Source of the DNA: the human T2T-CHM13v2.0 reference genome, Homo sapiens
Assembly (NCBI RefSeq): GCF_009914755.1
Contig: NC_060931.1
Length of the DNA: 64,000 nt
Strand: one strand, 5' to 3'
Shown: piece by piece, positions 36,542-51,545 of the stretch
Layout: each line of letters opens with the position of its first letter
How positions within the stretch are numbered: the stretch's first letter is position 1
Notes under the pieces: model-generated
What the model was told of the DNA's origin: nothing
What the model saw: only the letters and a program-made list of their open reading frames with translations
The model's database searches: none
Program-made: the position numbers and the translations under genes

Positions 36542-36856
36542 CGGTTGACCCTTGGAACAACACGGGAGTTAGGGATTTCACCCCCTCATCCCACACAGTC
36601 AGAAATCCATGTGTAACTTTCAGCTCTCCCAGAACTTCACTGCTAGTAGTCTACTGTTGACCTGAAGCCTTACTGATAACATAAATAGTTCATGAACACA
36701 TTTTATATGTTTTATGTACAGTATACTGTATTCTTACAATAAAGTAAGCTAAAGAAAAGAAAATGTTAAGAAAATCATAAGGAAGAGAAATTATATTTAC
36801 TATTCATTAGGTTGAAGTGAATCATCATAAAGGTCTTCATCCTCAGGGGTCAACTG
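36542..36856. mobile_element. Tigger2-family non-autonomous DNA transposon
   Basis: TIRs cggttgacccttg / caggggtcaactg, TA on both sides. Confidence 0.85.
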
Positions 36857-37044
36857 TATATCAGAGATGCATTGAGTTGGTTGTGGTTTTTGGTTCTGTT
36901 TTTTTTAGTATAAATTCTAAGTTGTTTGGTTTCATATATTACAGGTTTACTTTGTTGCAAGAGTTTTTGTTGTCTTTGAAATAAATTTTATGTACATACG
37001 TATATGTTTGTGTCAGTGGTATTTTCGGCTTTAATTTCCCTATA

Positions 37045-37365
37045 CAGTAGTCCCCCTTATCCTCAGACAATATACTCCAAGATGCCTGCAGTGGATGCCA
37101 AAACTGCAGACAGTACTGAACCCTACATAGACTATTTTTTCCTATACATACATTCCTATAATAGATTTTAGTTTACAAATTAGGCACAGTAAGAGATTAA
37201 CAACAATAATAAAAGAGAACCGTTTAACAGTATACTATAATAAAAGTTATGTGAATGTGGTTTATCTCTATTTCTGGAATTTTCCATTTAATATTTTCAG
37301 ACCTCAGTTGACCACAGGCAACTGAAACCGTGGAAATTGAAAACTGTGGATAAGGGGGGCTACTG
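37045..37365. mobile_element. MER44A-like (Tigger7 family) DNA transposon
   Basis: TIRs cagtagtcccccttatcc / ggataaggggggctactg, TA on both sides. Confidence 0.88.
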
Positions 37366-37427
37366 TAGTTCTAAAGCCATATATACATTACAATTCAGGT
37401 ACAAATAATGCATTCCTTTAATTCTAA

Positions 37428-37766
<339 letters not shown>

Positions 37767-37803
37767 TCCTTCTCCCTTTTTTTAAATAGCTTCATTATTA
37801 TCA

Positions 37804-37837
37804 TTAACTTTGTGTTTTGTTTAACTTTGTGTTTTGT
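37804..37837 (+). repeat. 17-bp tandem duplication
   Basis: ttaactttgtgttttgt x2. Confidence 0.85.
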
Positions 37838-38605
37838 TTTGTACCAGAAAGTAGGAATCTATGGGATAAGTGGGCCTAGAGGTCGTTTCCCTAAATGGCC
37901 TTCATCAAAAAAAAAAACATAGAAAATTACTGTTGCCTAAATGAAGTTGTAAATTGACAGTTTTAATCAAGATTCTTGTTAATCTAATTGATGACATTTT
38001 AGCCAAGTGAAATAGGCAAGGTGAAGTATTTTAGCTTGTCAACAATTTAATTATTCAACAAACATTTGAATACTTTGACTTACTATGGAACTTGTTCTTT
38101 TTTTTCATCTTCAAACTTTTTCTTAGTTTTCCAAAAGTTTCAAGATTCCATAGTAATTTTTCTTGCCCTTTTTCTCCCTGTCATTTTGACATTTTTTATT
38201 TGAATTTTTACATTACAAAAATTTTTCTTTAAAAGCTCAGGGTTTTTTTTGTTTTGGTTAAGTTAAATCTCATTCACACCTTCTTGGCATGGTTTAATTT
38301 GAGCCTGCGGTTCCTTGAAGCTCTTTTTTTGGGGGGGCTATTTTATGGTTTATTTACATTTAATTTTTTAAAAATTGTATTATCTACATTTCATGTTTTA
38401 CTAGTTGTTTGGCCTTTCAATTAATCTGAATTGGGGAAAATGTTGCTACATACTTCGTATAAACTGAGCACTTAAATACGGTTCCTTCAAAGAGCTTTCC
38501 AAATAGCAGAAGGAATTATTTACCACATAATTACAAAGCTATATAACTTTCTAATGAGCAATATAACTGCTACTGAAATAGCCTTTTAAAATCTTTTTAT
38601 CTTAG

Positions 38606-38648
38606 GGCAAAGAAAAAGGTGATTCCTGCACCTAAACCCAAAGTAAAG
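38606..38648 (+). CDS. UBN2: UBN2 exon 13 (AKKKVIPAPKPKVK)
   Basis: tttttatcttag acceptor, gtaagt donor; 43 nt, required to restore phase 0. Confidence 0.92.
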
Positions 38649-38829
38649 GTAAGTACTGAAACAAAATATTTAATTAGTTATAGTTGGTGAATGTTGAAAT
38701 ACATTCCTAAGATGAAAAAGATGTATGGTATTTAGCAGAGGTCAGTAGGCACTATAAGATAGATGTTTTCAACTTCATAATAATCTTAGTACTTTTGTAT
38801 TTGGGAGAATAGATTCCTGTGTAGCAGTG

Positions 38830-39735
38830 GGGAATATGCATACACCAATTGTGAAGCTTAACTTTATTAATACTTGGAAATGCTAGGTAAAATACAACAA
38901 ATATTCTTTCATAGCATAGGTGAGATTGAAAAATATGTAAGAAAAATTCATAAGACCAGAAACAAAAAAGGAGCTGACAGTGTTAATCTGTCGCTTACAC
39001 TTTGGTTGCCCTTGGAGGCATTTGGCACTTTCTACCCATCACTTTATGGTTTCTTTTTACGTTTCTTCTCAGAGCATAGCAGTTAGGGTTTTCTTGGGCT
39101 TGTACAGGTTAAAACTTGGGATGAAATCTGTGTAAAGCTGGACCTTCAAACAATAACATCTTTAGTAAAAGAAAGGACTAGAAAGAAATCCAGCAACCAG
39201 CAGAGACATTAAGTGGCTGTCTTGGACTGGGTTCTGGTTTGGGGGAAGAATGTCCTTGCTGAAAAATTTTCTTGGCTTAGGAGTTTCAGTTACACTACCT
39301 CTACAATCTGAGAAAACGCCAAGCTGAAAAAGTAGCTTGGTTACTGGATTAGTAGTGACCCGGGGCCACTGGCAAAAGCAAATTCTCTTTGGTATAACGT
39401 GCCCTCTTCAGAGGCCTCAAAGGCATTCCTCCTATAAACCATGGCAGACCTGAGCTTGCAGTCTGAAATACAGAATACATGAGAGAATAAGTTACTATGA
39501 GTGAGATTCAGTAGGAACAATAAACAGCAGTTAGATCCCTAAGACGGACAAGTAGTGCACTTATGGAATTTAGTACATAAAATAATTTGACTGAAAAATT
39601 TTTAATATTTAGAGAAATAGAAAAGGGAATAAAAAATATCCTATCAAAATAGACAAAGTAGATTTGAAAGAGAATCAAAATATAACCTCTAGAAGTAAAA
39701 ACTATAATCATTTGAAATTAAAATTTTAATGAAAG
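38830..39735 (+). mobile_element. ancient L1/HAL1 5' UTR-ORF1-like fragment
   Basis: A-rich ...gatttgaaagagaatcaaaatataacctctagaagtaaaaactataatc...gaaattaaaa resembles decayed L1 ORF1. Confidence 0.5.
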
Positions 39736-39891
39736 CTCATACTCTTTAGGTTTTACACTTTGCTCCATAGCCTTTGTCTCTTTGGTTTTTGTTGTTGTTG
39801 TTTTTAATAGATGAGGTTCTTTGCTTATAAGATTGTGGCCAGATGGTCATTATATATTATTCTGTGGCCTTCCTGACTTTTTTGGTGTTAG

Positions 39892-40230
<339 letters not shown>

Positions 40231-40766
40231 TAGTCCTCTTTTTCTTAATAGCCTACTTTGTCTTCTGATCCAAATAATATTGAGCCAATCTTTCATTAAA
40301 TCTGTTGAATTTAGATGTTGTTTTGACACTTGACTTTATTTTTATTAGAATACTAAAGTCTTAGTACCCTCCATAAAGGATTGGTTACATTTTGATACAT
40401 CTATTCAAACATATGATTAATAGAATAATAGGATAGGAAATTTATTAAATTCTGATACTGGTTGTGTTAGGATGATATGGGGGAGTCATCAGTTTTTTTG
40501 TATGTTTCCTTCTCTATGATTAAATTACTTTTTCATTTTCCCAAAATGGAAAAGCTATACTGTTAATGTGGTTTTTTTCTACTGTAACTCCCCATAGTGT
40601 TTCTAGTTATAAAGATAAGATAAGGAAATGCCTACAAAAGAAAATGCAAATAACCCGGAAAAGTAAGGAGGAAAGTAAAAGTATCTATAAATTTCTCCTC
40701 AGTCAGAGAATAAAAGCTCTTAGCTTTCTAGGACACATCTTCCTTCCCTTCTTCTGAAACTCTGTT

Positions 40767-40832
40767 CCTCCCTCCCTCCCTTCCATTCGTCCGTCCATCC
40801 ATACATCCATCCATCTATCCAATCAGCTATCT
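40767..40832. repeat. (CCTC)n/(CCAT)n compound simple repeat
   Basis: direct read. Confidence 0.8.
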
Positions 40833-41289
40833 ATTTATTTAGTCTTTTATATAAATGGGATAACCTGCTTTTTTGACTCAGTTATATATCCTGAACAATT
40901 TTCTCTGCCAGTATAAATCTGCACAGTATTCTATTAGAGTGGATTTAATGGTTTTATAAATAAAAATTAATCAAAAAGTTATTTTAAAACAGCAGTTTTA
41001 TACTAGTAATACTTCCAATATTGGGATACATTTCCTACCCTTTATTGTGTACTTTTTATAATGGAATTTTCACTAATCATGTAAGTGGATGGCATATCAA
41101 AACAAATGTGTTTCATCTGCATTACTCATTCTTCTTAGCAGACATTTGTGACCTTAATGCAGTTACACTTGTACTTCCAATTGGTAGTGAGGTTTTTAAT
41201 CAGGGGTTTTAGAGTAAAAGCTTAGAAAAAATACTAAGGAAGTTAGAGTGTAACAGTATTCTTAACAGCTTGCTTATGTAATACCTTAG

Positions 41290-41340
41290 GAGGTGATGGT
41301 AAAGACCCTTCCTCTCCATTCTTTCCCCACTATGCTTAAG
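41290..41340 (+). CDS. UBN2: UBN2 exon 14 (EVMVKTLPLHSFPTMLK), frame-neutral small exon
   Basis: ccttag acceptor, perfect AAG/gtaagt donor; 51 nt, open, phase 0/0. Confidence 0.82.
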
Positions 41341-42308
41341 GTAAGTGCTATGGTTGTATCAATCAGTATGTAATATAACACTCTAGGTTTGTTTGGGTTT
41401 GTTTAAGAAACTAATTGAAGAGACTTTGATACGACTTTTATGTAATAGGCTTTTGCTTCTCAGTCTTAAAAATAAAATGAGTCAAATACTTTTATCTTTA
41501 AAAATAAATAGTTGCTTTTAAATTATTTTGCTCTTTGAATATTATAAACTGTGCTCTAGTTCTTTTTCTTAAATATTAAGAAGGTTGATTATTTGAGAAA
41601 CAGACTCTAACAACTCTTAGGTATTCAGAGTTGTAATTCTTAATACCCTTGTTTTCTTAGCATAGAGCCCTGCTCACAGCGGACACTTAGTGGATATATA
41701 TTGAATAAATGACAAATGAGTAATTTACAAATAAATTACAGATTCACCATAATAAATAGCATAATTTATTTATGCTTGGATTGAATCGTCTGCCACTTTG
41801 ACGTACCAGTTTTTCTATGTACTGGCTGTAGGGTAGCTGCAGGACAGGGCATACAAAGAGGCAGAAATGCATGGAAGCAGAAAGTGAAGGTCAGCCTCCT
41901 AGCAAACCATCCCAGACGAGAAGGGGAGAGTCTTAATATAAAGGCAGAATTTATTCTGAGTGCAGGGGAATAAAAAGAGAATAATCTGAACAGATGGATT
42001 TGGAGCAGGATTTGAAGATCTAATGCAGGTGGGGGAGGCTCATCAGTAATGTAACTAGTATATGAATGTTCCTTCCACTTGGTGTTAAGTATGACAGCTA
42101 TGTGCAATATATCAGATACTTTGTCTTGTGAGGACAGCTCAGTCAGGAGCTCTGTCATCTCAAAAATTATTTTTGTTTTGATAGTCTCTGAAGATTTCCA
42201 GTAGAAAAACAATTGTAATTGTCATGAGAATCTTTTAGTTATTTAAAATTAACTTTGTAATTTTTTATTCACCATTTCTATTTTTTTCCATATGATGCTT
42301 TACATTAG

Positions 42309-43859
42309 GAGTGTAGTCCAAAAAAGGACCAGAAAACTCCAACATCCCTGGTGGCTTCGGTTAGCGGTCCTCCAACGAGCTCCAGCACAGCTGCCATTGC
42401 TGCAGCTAGCTCTAGCTCTGCACCAGCCCAAGAAACCATCTGCCTCGACGACTCACTAGATGAAGACCTTTCTTTCCATTCACCTTCACTGGATCTTGTT
42501 TCTGAAGCTTTAGCGGTTATCAACAATGGGAACAAGGGCCCTCCAGTTGGCTCAAGGATAAGCATGCCAACCACAAAGCCTCGTCCAGGACTGAGAGAAG
42601 AAAAATTAGCAAGTATCATGAGTAAGCTGCCACTAGCTACTCCCAAAAAACTAGATTCTACTCAGACTACACATTCTTCAAGTCTTATTGCTGGTCACAC
42701 AGGGCCAGTACCAAAGAAACCCCAGGATTTAGCTCATACTGGCATCTCTTCAGGCCTTATTGCTGGTTCTTCCATTCAGAACCCTAAAGTTTCTTTAGAA
42801 CCTTTGCCAGCCAGGCTACTTCAACAAGGACTTCAGAGGTCAAGCCAGATTCACACTTCTTCCTCTTCACAGACCCATGTCTCCTCTTCTTCCCAAGCCC
42901 AAATTGCTGCCTCTTCTCATGCTCTGGGAACATCCGAGGCCCAAGATGCTTCTTCGTTAACACAAGTAACAAAGGTGCACCAGCATTCAGCTGTCCAGCA
43001 GAACTATGTGTCTCCATTACAGGCCACCATCAGTAAATCCCAGACCAACCCCGTCGTGAAGTTAAGTAATAATCCCCAACTCTCCTGTTCCTCCTCACTT
43101 ATTAAGACTTCAGATAAGCCACTTATGTACCGCCTTCCCTTATCTACCCCCTCACCTGGAAATGGTTCTCAAGGGTCCCACCCCCTGGTTTCTAGGACAG
43201 TACCTAGCACCACTACCTCCAGTAACTATTTAGCCAAGGCTATGGTGTCACAGATCTCCACGCAGGGTTTCAAATCTCCCTTCTCGATGGCTGCCTCCCC
43301 AAAACTTGCCGCATCTCCCAAGCCTGCCACATCTCCTAAACCCCTGCCCTCGCCTAAGCCTTCTGCCTCACCCAAGCCCTCTCTGTCAGCTAAGCCTTCA
43401 GTATCAACTAAACTTATTTCTAAATCCAACCCAACTCCCAAGCCTACTGTATCCCCAAGTAGTTCCAGTCCAAATGCACTAGTTGCCCAGGGTAGCCACT
43501 CCAGCACTAACAGCCCAGTCCATAAACAGCCCAGTGGAATGAACATCAGCAGACAGTCTCCCACCTTGAATTTATTGCCCTCTAGTCGCACTTCAGGCCT
43601 TCCACCTACAAAAAATCTTCAGGCCCCCTCAAAGCTAACAAACTCATCATCCACTGGAACTGTTGGGAAGAACAGCTTGAGTGGAATTGCAATGAATGTA
43701 CCTGCCAGCAGAGGTAGCAACCTTAACTCAAGCGGAGCTAATAGGACTAGTCTGTCTGGGGGAACAGGAAGTGGAACACAGGGTGCTACCAAACCATTGT
43801 CTACTCCACATAGACCATCCACTGCCTCAGGGTCTTCAGTGGTAACAGCCAGTGTGCAG
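42309..43859 (+). CDS. UBN2: UBN2 exon 15, 517-codon Ser/Pro/Thr-rich disordered region (ECSPKKDQK...VVTASVQ)
   Basis: cattag acceptor, CAG/gtatgt donor; 1551 nt; same frame as ORF 42351..43886. Confidence 0.96.
43290..43415 (+). repeat. coding 18-nt x7 degenerate tandem repeat (xxSPKP hexapeptide)
   Basis: AASPKL AASPKP ATSPKP LPSPKP SASPKP SLSAKP SVSTKL. Confidence 0.9.
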
Positions 43860-44071
43860 GTATGTATGTTCTGTACGTCCATGTGATAAACTATAAGATT
43901 GTATAATGTCGTCTTTCTTGTGGGTAACTTTAATAAGCTTTTTATGATATGTGGATTGTTCTCAATTGGCTTATTACAGCCTGCAGCCATGGAATGTTCC
44001 TGATGCTGACATCACAGTGACAGGCACACTTGTAGTTGAGGTGTTTGTTGGGATATGGATTTTTTTTTTTT

Positions 44072-44145
44072 AAGTAACAAAGGTGCACCAGCATTCAGCT
44101 GTCTGACAGAACGATGTCTTCATTACAAGCAACCATCACTAAATC
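44072..44145 (+). repeat. intronic decayed copy of exon-15 segment 42964-43039
   Basis: first 32 nt identical, remainder alignable with substitutions and a 2-nt gap. Confidence 0.92.
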
Positions 44146-44484
44146 AACTTTAAAATTATTTGACAAAACAAAACTAAAATGGCTTATTTCAAACTTTCTC
44201 TCTTATCAAAGTCCAGAACAAAGTAGTAACTTAGGAATTTAACGAACATTCGCTTAGCTCTTCCCTTCCCTTTTTCTCCTGCCAATTTTCTTATTTTTCA
44301 ATCAAATTTATACATTCATGTTATTTTTTAAATCATTTATCTTCTCGAAATTTTTATTTTGCTTAATTTTGTAGTTATATATAATTTTCTATGTCAAATT
44401 AGTGTCAGTCGCCCTTTTATACCACAGTTTTCCCGTTCGTGAATTTTTAGTTTAAACTTACCTCTCAATTAGCTGAGTGCCTCA

Positions 44485-44658
<174 letters not shown>

Positions 44659-45029
44659 TTAGCTCATGTACACCTGATAATTTCTTTCTGTGCTGTCACA
44701 CTTGAGTAGGCGTAGCCTTCTTGGGGCACTAACTGTTCCACTCCCAATTTTGTAAATACTACTCCACTGACTCTTGCTTAGTATTTAGGATTATGGAGAA
44801 GTCTGAGGCCATTCTCAGACTCTTTCTCATTCTCTTTTTGTTCCGTTATCATTAATGTGTTTTCTCTGCCTAGTTGTCATTAATTGTATACCTAGAACAT
44901 AGTAATAGCTTTCCATCTCAGAACTGGTTATTTATTTTAGATCAAGAATATTTTATTGTATTATGTGTCTGATTACTGTTTCTGATCCATTTATCGTAAG
45001 TTTTTTGAGAACTCTTTATTATATATATA

Positions 45030-45648
<619 letters not shown>

Positions 45649-47387
45649 TATATTTTATCTCTCTGTCTTCCATATCATCTTCTGTTATTGTTTTCATCTC
45701 TATGCCACTTCTTTGTATTCTGACACTTTCTCAGATTTGTCCTTTATGTTAATGATTTAGTTTCTTTAACTTTTTTCCCCTGAAAGTAATGTATGTTCAT
45801 TGAAGGCAAATTTAGAAAAAAGAAAATAAAAATCACCTATTAATCCAATACTGTTTATGCTTTGTAGGTACTTTTTAAGACTTTTTTCAACAAAATGTGT
45901 TTTGTATAATATTTCGTTTTATAACCGGCAAAAAAAAAATACCATTTTATGATATGCAAGTTCTTAGGTTCTTAAATATTCTTTGAAAACATAACTTTTA
46001 TTTATTTATGGAATTGTGTTGTCTAAGGAAGTGCTCTTTGTACTGTCTCCTATTTATGTGGAACAGGAACATGTAATGAGAAGAGTTTCCCCTTGCTGTA
46101 TGTCAAGGTTTCCTGCTGTTCAATATAGTCTAAGGGTTGATATTCAATATACATTGTATATTCAAATCATCATTCTGCTACTAATGTAGGCATAGGAATG
46201 ACTGGATGCCAGAATTCTAATGAAGAACAAATTCAGCTAACTGGTAATTCATTAATTGAAATCTAGGATTAACTGATGTTTTATGTATATACATTTACTT
46301 TCATCAGAAATAAAATAATAAAAACATTGATACTAGGGATTATATGTTAAAATGTATATGGAGATGGATGAATAAAGGCCTTCCCTTATGAAAAAAAAGG
46401 TATATGGAAGATTGGAGTTAGTCTGCATTACTGTTTATTAAATAGTTTACTCTTCTTAAAATTAATTCTTAATTTGATCAAAGGAATAAGTGAAAAGATA
46501 GCATAAATGGTAGTTCCCTGCCCCGTATCCTCCTCCTAGGGTTAACTACTTTTAACTCTCTCAGCATTTTCTTCTTTTTGTTTTTAAATAATAATAAATG
46601 GAAAAGTCTTGATTTTATCAATTTTATAAAAAATTGGGGAGTTATTTCTGGAATTAAAAATTCATTTTTATTTTCATTTGCTTCATTTTCTTTGAACTTA
46701 AGATTAAATCTTTCTTCATCCTTTGTCATCTCTACAGTCTGTCAGTTCTATTTTGTTCCCAGAGATCTTCCTGTATTTCATTATTGATTGCAAAAGAACC
46801 CCTATACTGTCTAACAAATAATTGGTTTGTCAGCATGAAGGCTACTTGGCAAAGTATGAGTTTCTGAAGACTAACTACTCCCTCCTGGTTTTCTTCCTCT
46901 CCCAAATGGCTTTATGATTTGGAGACTGAAGTGTTCCTGCCTTCATATCTGATCTTTTTTTTTTTTTTTTCTGTCTTACTGGTTTGACTGAAGAAAAGAT
47001 TAATAATTGAATAAGGTCATTTCTACCCTTTGGCGAAAGTAAGGTTCTTTTTGTTTTAACATAGCGTCTCAATAAAGTCTTACCAGCTATCTTGTGGCCT
47101 CTAGAACCTGTCTATAGCTCTCCAACACTGAAAACAGAGTTCCTATCTATGCCTGTAAAGCATTCACCTTCTGTCTGAAAGGCATCTGTGGGTGTCTGCT
47201 CATTTGCAGAGTGAAAATGACAGGTCCTTTAACAAATGGCAAAAGTTAAACTCCTTCTGGGTTCAGGTTGTTAGCTCTGCTTGCTTTCTGTTTAATAACT
47301 TTCCACACAGGGGTTTCCTCCTCTTTCTTACCCTTCAACTTACTGATTTTCTGTGAATCCTGTCTTTGCCACTTTATAATTCCAAAC

Positions 47388-47960
47388 ATCATTCATTCAT
47401 TAAGCAAATGTTTATTGAGTGTTTACTATGTGCCAGGCACTCTTCTAGGTGCTGGGGATATAGGGATGAACAGCATACTCACACATATAGTCTAGGTAGG
47501 AAGACAAGGAAAAATACAAGTTTTTTCAAAATGTGGTAAATGCTGTGAAAAAATTGTAGGATAATATGATAAAAGTGATTGCTGCTAACGTAAAAAAGGT
47601 TAAGAAGGTTTGAGGAGGTAATGTTTGATTTGAGAATTGAATGAGCAGAAGCCAGCCATGTGTAGAGAAGAGGGGGAAAATAGTTCAGGCCAGAGGGAAC
47701 AGTTGTATGAAGACACTGAGATGGAAAAGAGCCTGAAGTGAAGGCCTGCATGGCTGGACCATGGGGAGAGAGTGGTAGGTGATGAGATCAGAGAGAGACC
47801 AGAACCATGTCATGGAGGACCTTGTGGACCACAGTAAGGACTTTGGATTTTATTCTCTGTGCAGTGGGAAGCTATTGGAGGTTCTTAAACAGGGGACTGA
47901 TATGGTCTGATTTGCATTTCAAAAGTTTACTCTGGGCGTTGTGGGGAATAGGGGACCAGT
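47388..47960 (-). mobile_element. L2 3' fragment
   Basis: attcattcattaagcaaatgtttattgagtgtttactatgtgccaggcact...gtaaggactttggattttattct. Confidence 0.88.
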
Positions 47961-48006
47961 GCACTCACCAAAGTAGAGTATGTGGTTTAAAAAAAAATTT
48001 AATTGC

Positions 48007-48315
<309 letters not shown>

Positions 48316-48699
48316 CTACGGGAAGAGCAAGGATTCCCTTCAATGTTTTTTCCCCTGGGAATAAAATGTAGAGGTCACGGAAAGTATTTTTGATTATGGG
48401 GCATAATCTGGAACTATTTACCTGCTTCATGCTGACTTCTTGTGCATGATCCCAGATGATACCAACATTGGAGTACCCCACTGCTGAAAGGTCTCCATCT
48501 TTTAGGATAGAGAGATTTGCAAATACCCATGTCACATTTAGATTATCTGATGCTTCCATTTATATTTATAAACAAATTAAAGTGGATATAGAAGTTACTT
48601 GAAAGTGTAAAATGTTAGACAGTTATGGCATAGTATCACTTTTTTGCTATACTTGAGTTATTTAATTTTGGAAATTGCCCTCCCTAATTTACATTTTGC

Positions 48700-49518
<819 letters not shown>

Positions 49519-50364
49519 AACTCTGGTTAATTTTTAAGTTGATGCAGGATCTTTTCTTTCCCAGTTGCATTAAGATACTATTATTTCTAACTTGGTAATT
49601 TTTTCCTAAATGTACCCATTTTATATATTGTGGTTGGCACAGTACAGGAAAAGACAGGCAAATAAGAAAAACTGTCAGGTTCAAACATGGAGTGGTGAAG
49701 ATTTGTACTTAAGTGTAAGAGCAAATTTTGGTAAAAAAGAAAGAATGGGTTTGTTGACTATAATGTTATCATTTTATAATGCCTGAAAACTAAGGTTTCA
49801 GGCCTAAGGGACTGGAAAGAATGGAATTCCCTGATGAAAGCAGTTGACAGAAGATGGGGGAACCCATTGGAGAAGATGATTTCAGCTTTGGATATGTCAA
49901 GTTGGTGCTAGATATTCAAGTGGAATTATTCTCTTAACTCTCAGATATGCAGGATGGAAATTGAGATGAGAGGCCAGAACTATGGATATAAATTTCAGTT
50001 GTAAAATTTGTTATTTTTATTAACAAATAAAGGAGAACAGGGGAGGGAGGCAGTTAAAGAACCAGGAAGAAGGCTGCTTGCGGATATTCTTCATTTGTTT
50101 GTTGAGCAGTGGTGTAGCCTCTTAAGTGTATAAATATATGTAATGTTATGTGGCATGTGTGTGTGGAAAGATTGTCTGCATTTTTCTTATACATTAACTT
50201 AAGAAGTACCCCACCAGAAGCAAAAGGACAAAGATTTTTAAAATAATCAGTCCTTAATTAATAATGCTCATTGATACATGTAATAAAACTGGAAAGAGCT
50301 AACATTCATTAGTTATTTTTAAAATAGTCAACAAATTCCATTTTCCTGATCAAATTTAGATTTA

Positions 50365-51545
50365 GATGGACACGGTGGCTCACGCATGTAATCCCAGCAC
50401 TTTGGGAGGCTGAGGCAGGCGGATCACTTGAGCACAGGAGTTTGAGACCATCCTGGCCAACATGGTGAAACCCCGTCTCTACTAAAAATACAAAAATTAG
50501 CTGGGCGTGGTGGTGCACACCTGTAGTCCCAGCTACTCAGGAGGCTGAGGCAGGAGAATTGCTTGAACCCAGGAGGTGGAGGTTGCAGTGAGCCAAGATC
50601 GCAGCACTACACTGCAGCCTGGGCAACAGAGTGAGACTCTGTCTCAAAAAAAAAAAAAAAAAAAAAACATGGAAAACAAAAAAAATACAAATTTAGAACT
50701 GTTAAAGTTTTGACCAGGAAAATTTGGATTTGGTAAAATAAGGCTACAAAAGAAATCTCAGAATGACAGAAACTATAATAGATAATATATGATAATGAGA
50801 AAATTTGTATCAACTCTGTTGATAAGTAAGTGCACATGGAAAAGAAAAATGTTGGCCAGGCATGGTGGCTTATGCCTATAATCTCAGTGCTTTGGAAGGC
50901 CTAGGTGTGAGGATCGCTGGAGCCCAGAAGTTGGAGGCTAGCCTGAGCAACACAGACCCCATCTCTACAAAAACATATTGAAAAGTTAGCTGGGTCTGGT
51001 GGCACACGCCTGTCTGTAGTCCCAGCTACTTGGGAGGCTGAGGTGGGAGGATCACTTGAGCCCAGGAGTTTGAGTCTGCCATGAGCTACAATTGTTCCAC
51101 TGCTCTCTAGCCTGGGTAACAGAGTGAAACCCCGTCTCTAAAAAAAATAATAATAAATTTTTTTTAAATAAAAAAGTCAAAATGGAAAAAAATGATTTAA
51201 TTGCCATGTAGAAAATTGTTCAAAGAATTAAACTAGCTATAGGAATGTATTTGCCAGGCATTCTGGCTCACACTATAATTCTAGCACTTTGGGAGGCCAA
51301 CGCAGTGAGGAGATGGTTTGAGCCCAGAAGTTCGAGCCTAGCCTGGGCAACATGGTGAAACCCTATCTCTATAATAAATACAAAAAATGTTAGCCGGGTA
51401 TAGTGGCATGTGCCTGTAGTCTTAGCTACTCGGGAGGCTGAGGTGAGAGGATCACTTGAGCCTCCAGGAGGTTGAGATGGCAGTTAGCTGTGATTGCACC
51501 ACTGCACTCCAGCGTGGGCAACAGGAGACCCTGTCTCAAAAAAAA
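50365..51545 (+). mobile_element. three sense Alus (50365-50667, 50854-51155, 51252-51545)
   Basis: Alu motifs. Confidence 0.9.

Noticed and set aside
42351-43886. 511-aa ORF as a stand-alone gene
   Set aside because: It is UBN2 exon 15; the GTG start is internal and the tail is intron read-through
42305-43990. Minus-strand ORFs over exon 15 (and 20585-20794 over exon 6)
   Set aside because: Shadow ORFs caused by codon bias of the sense exon
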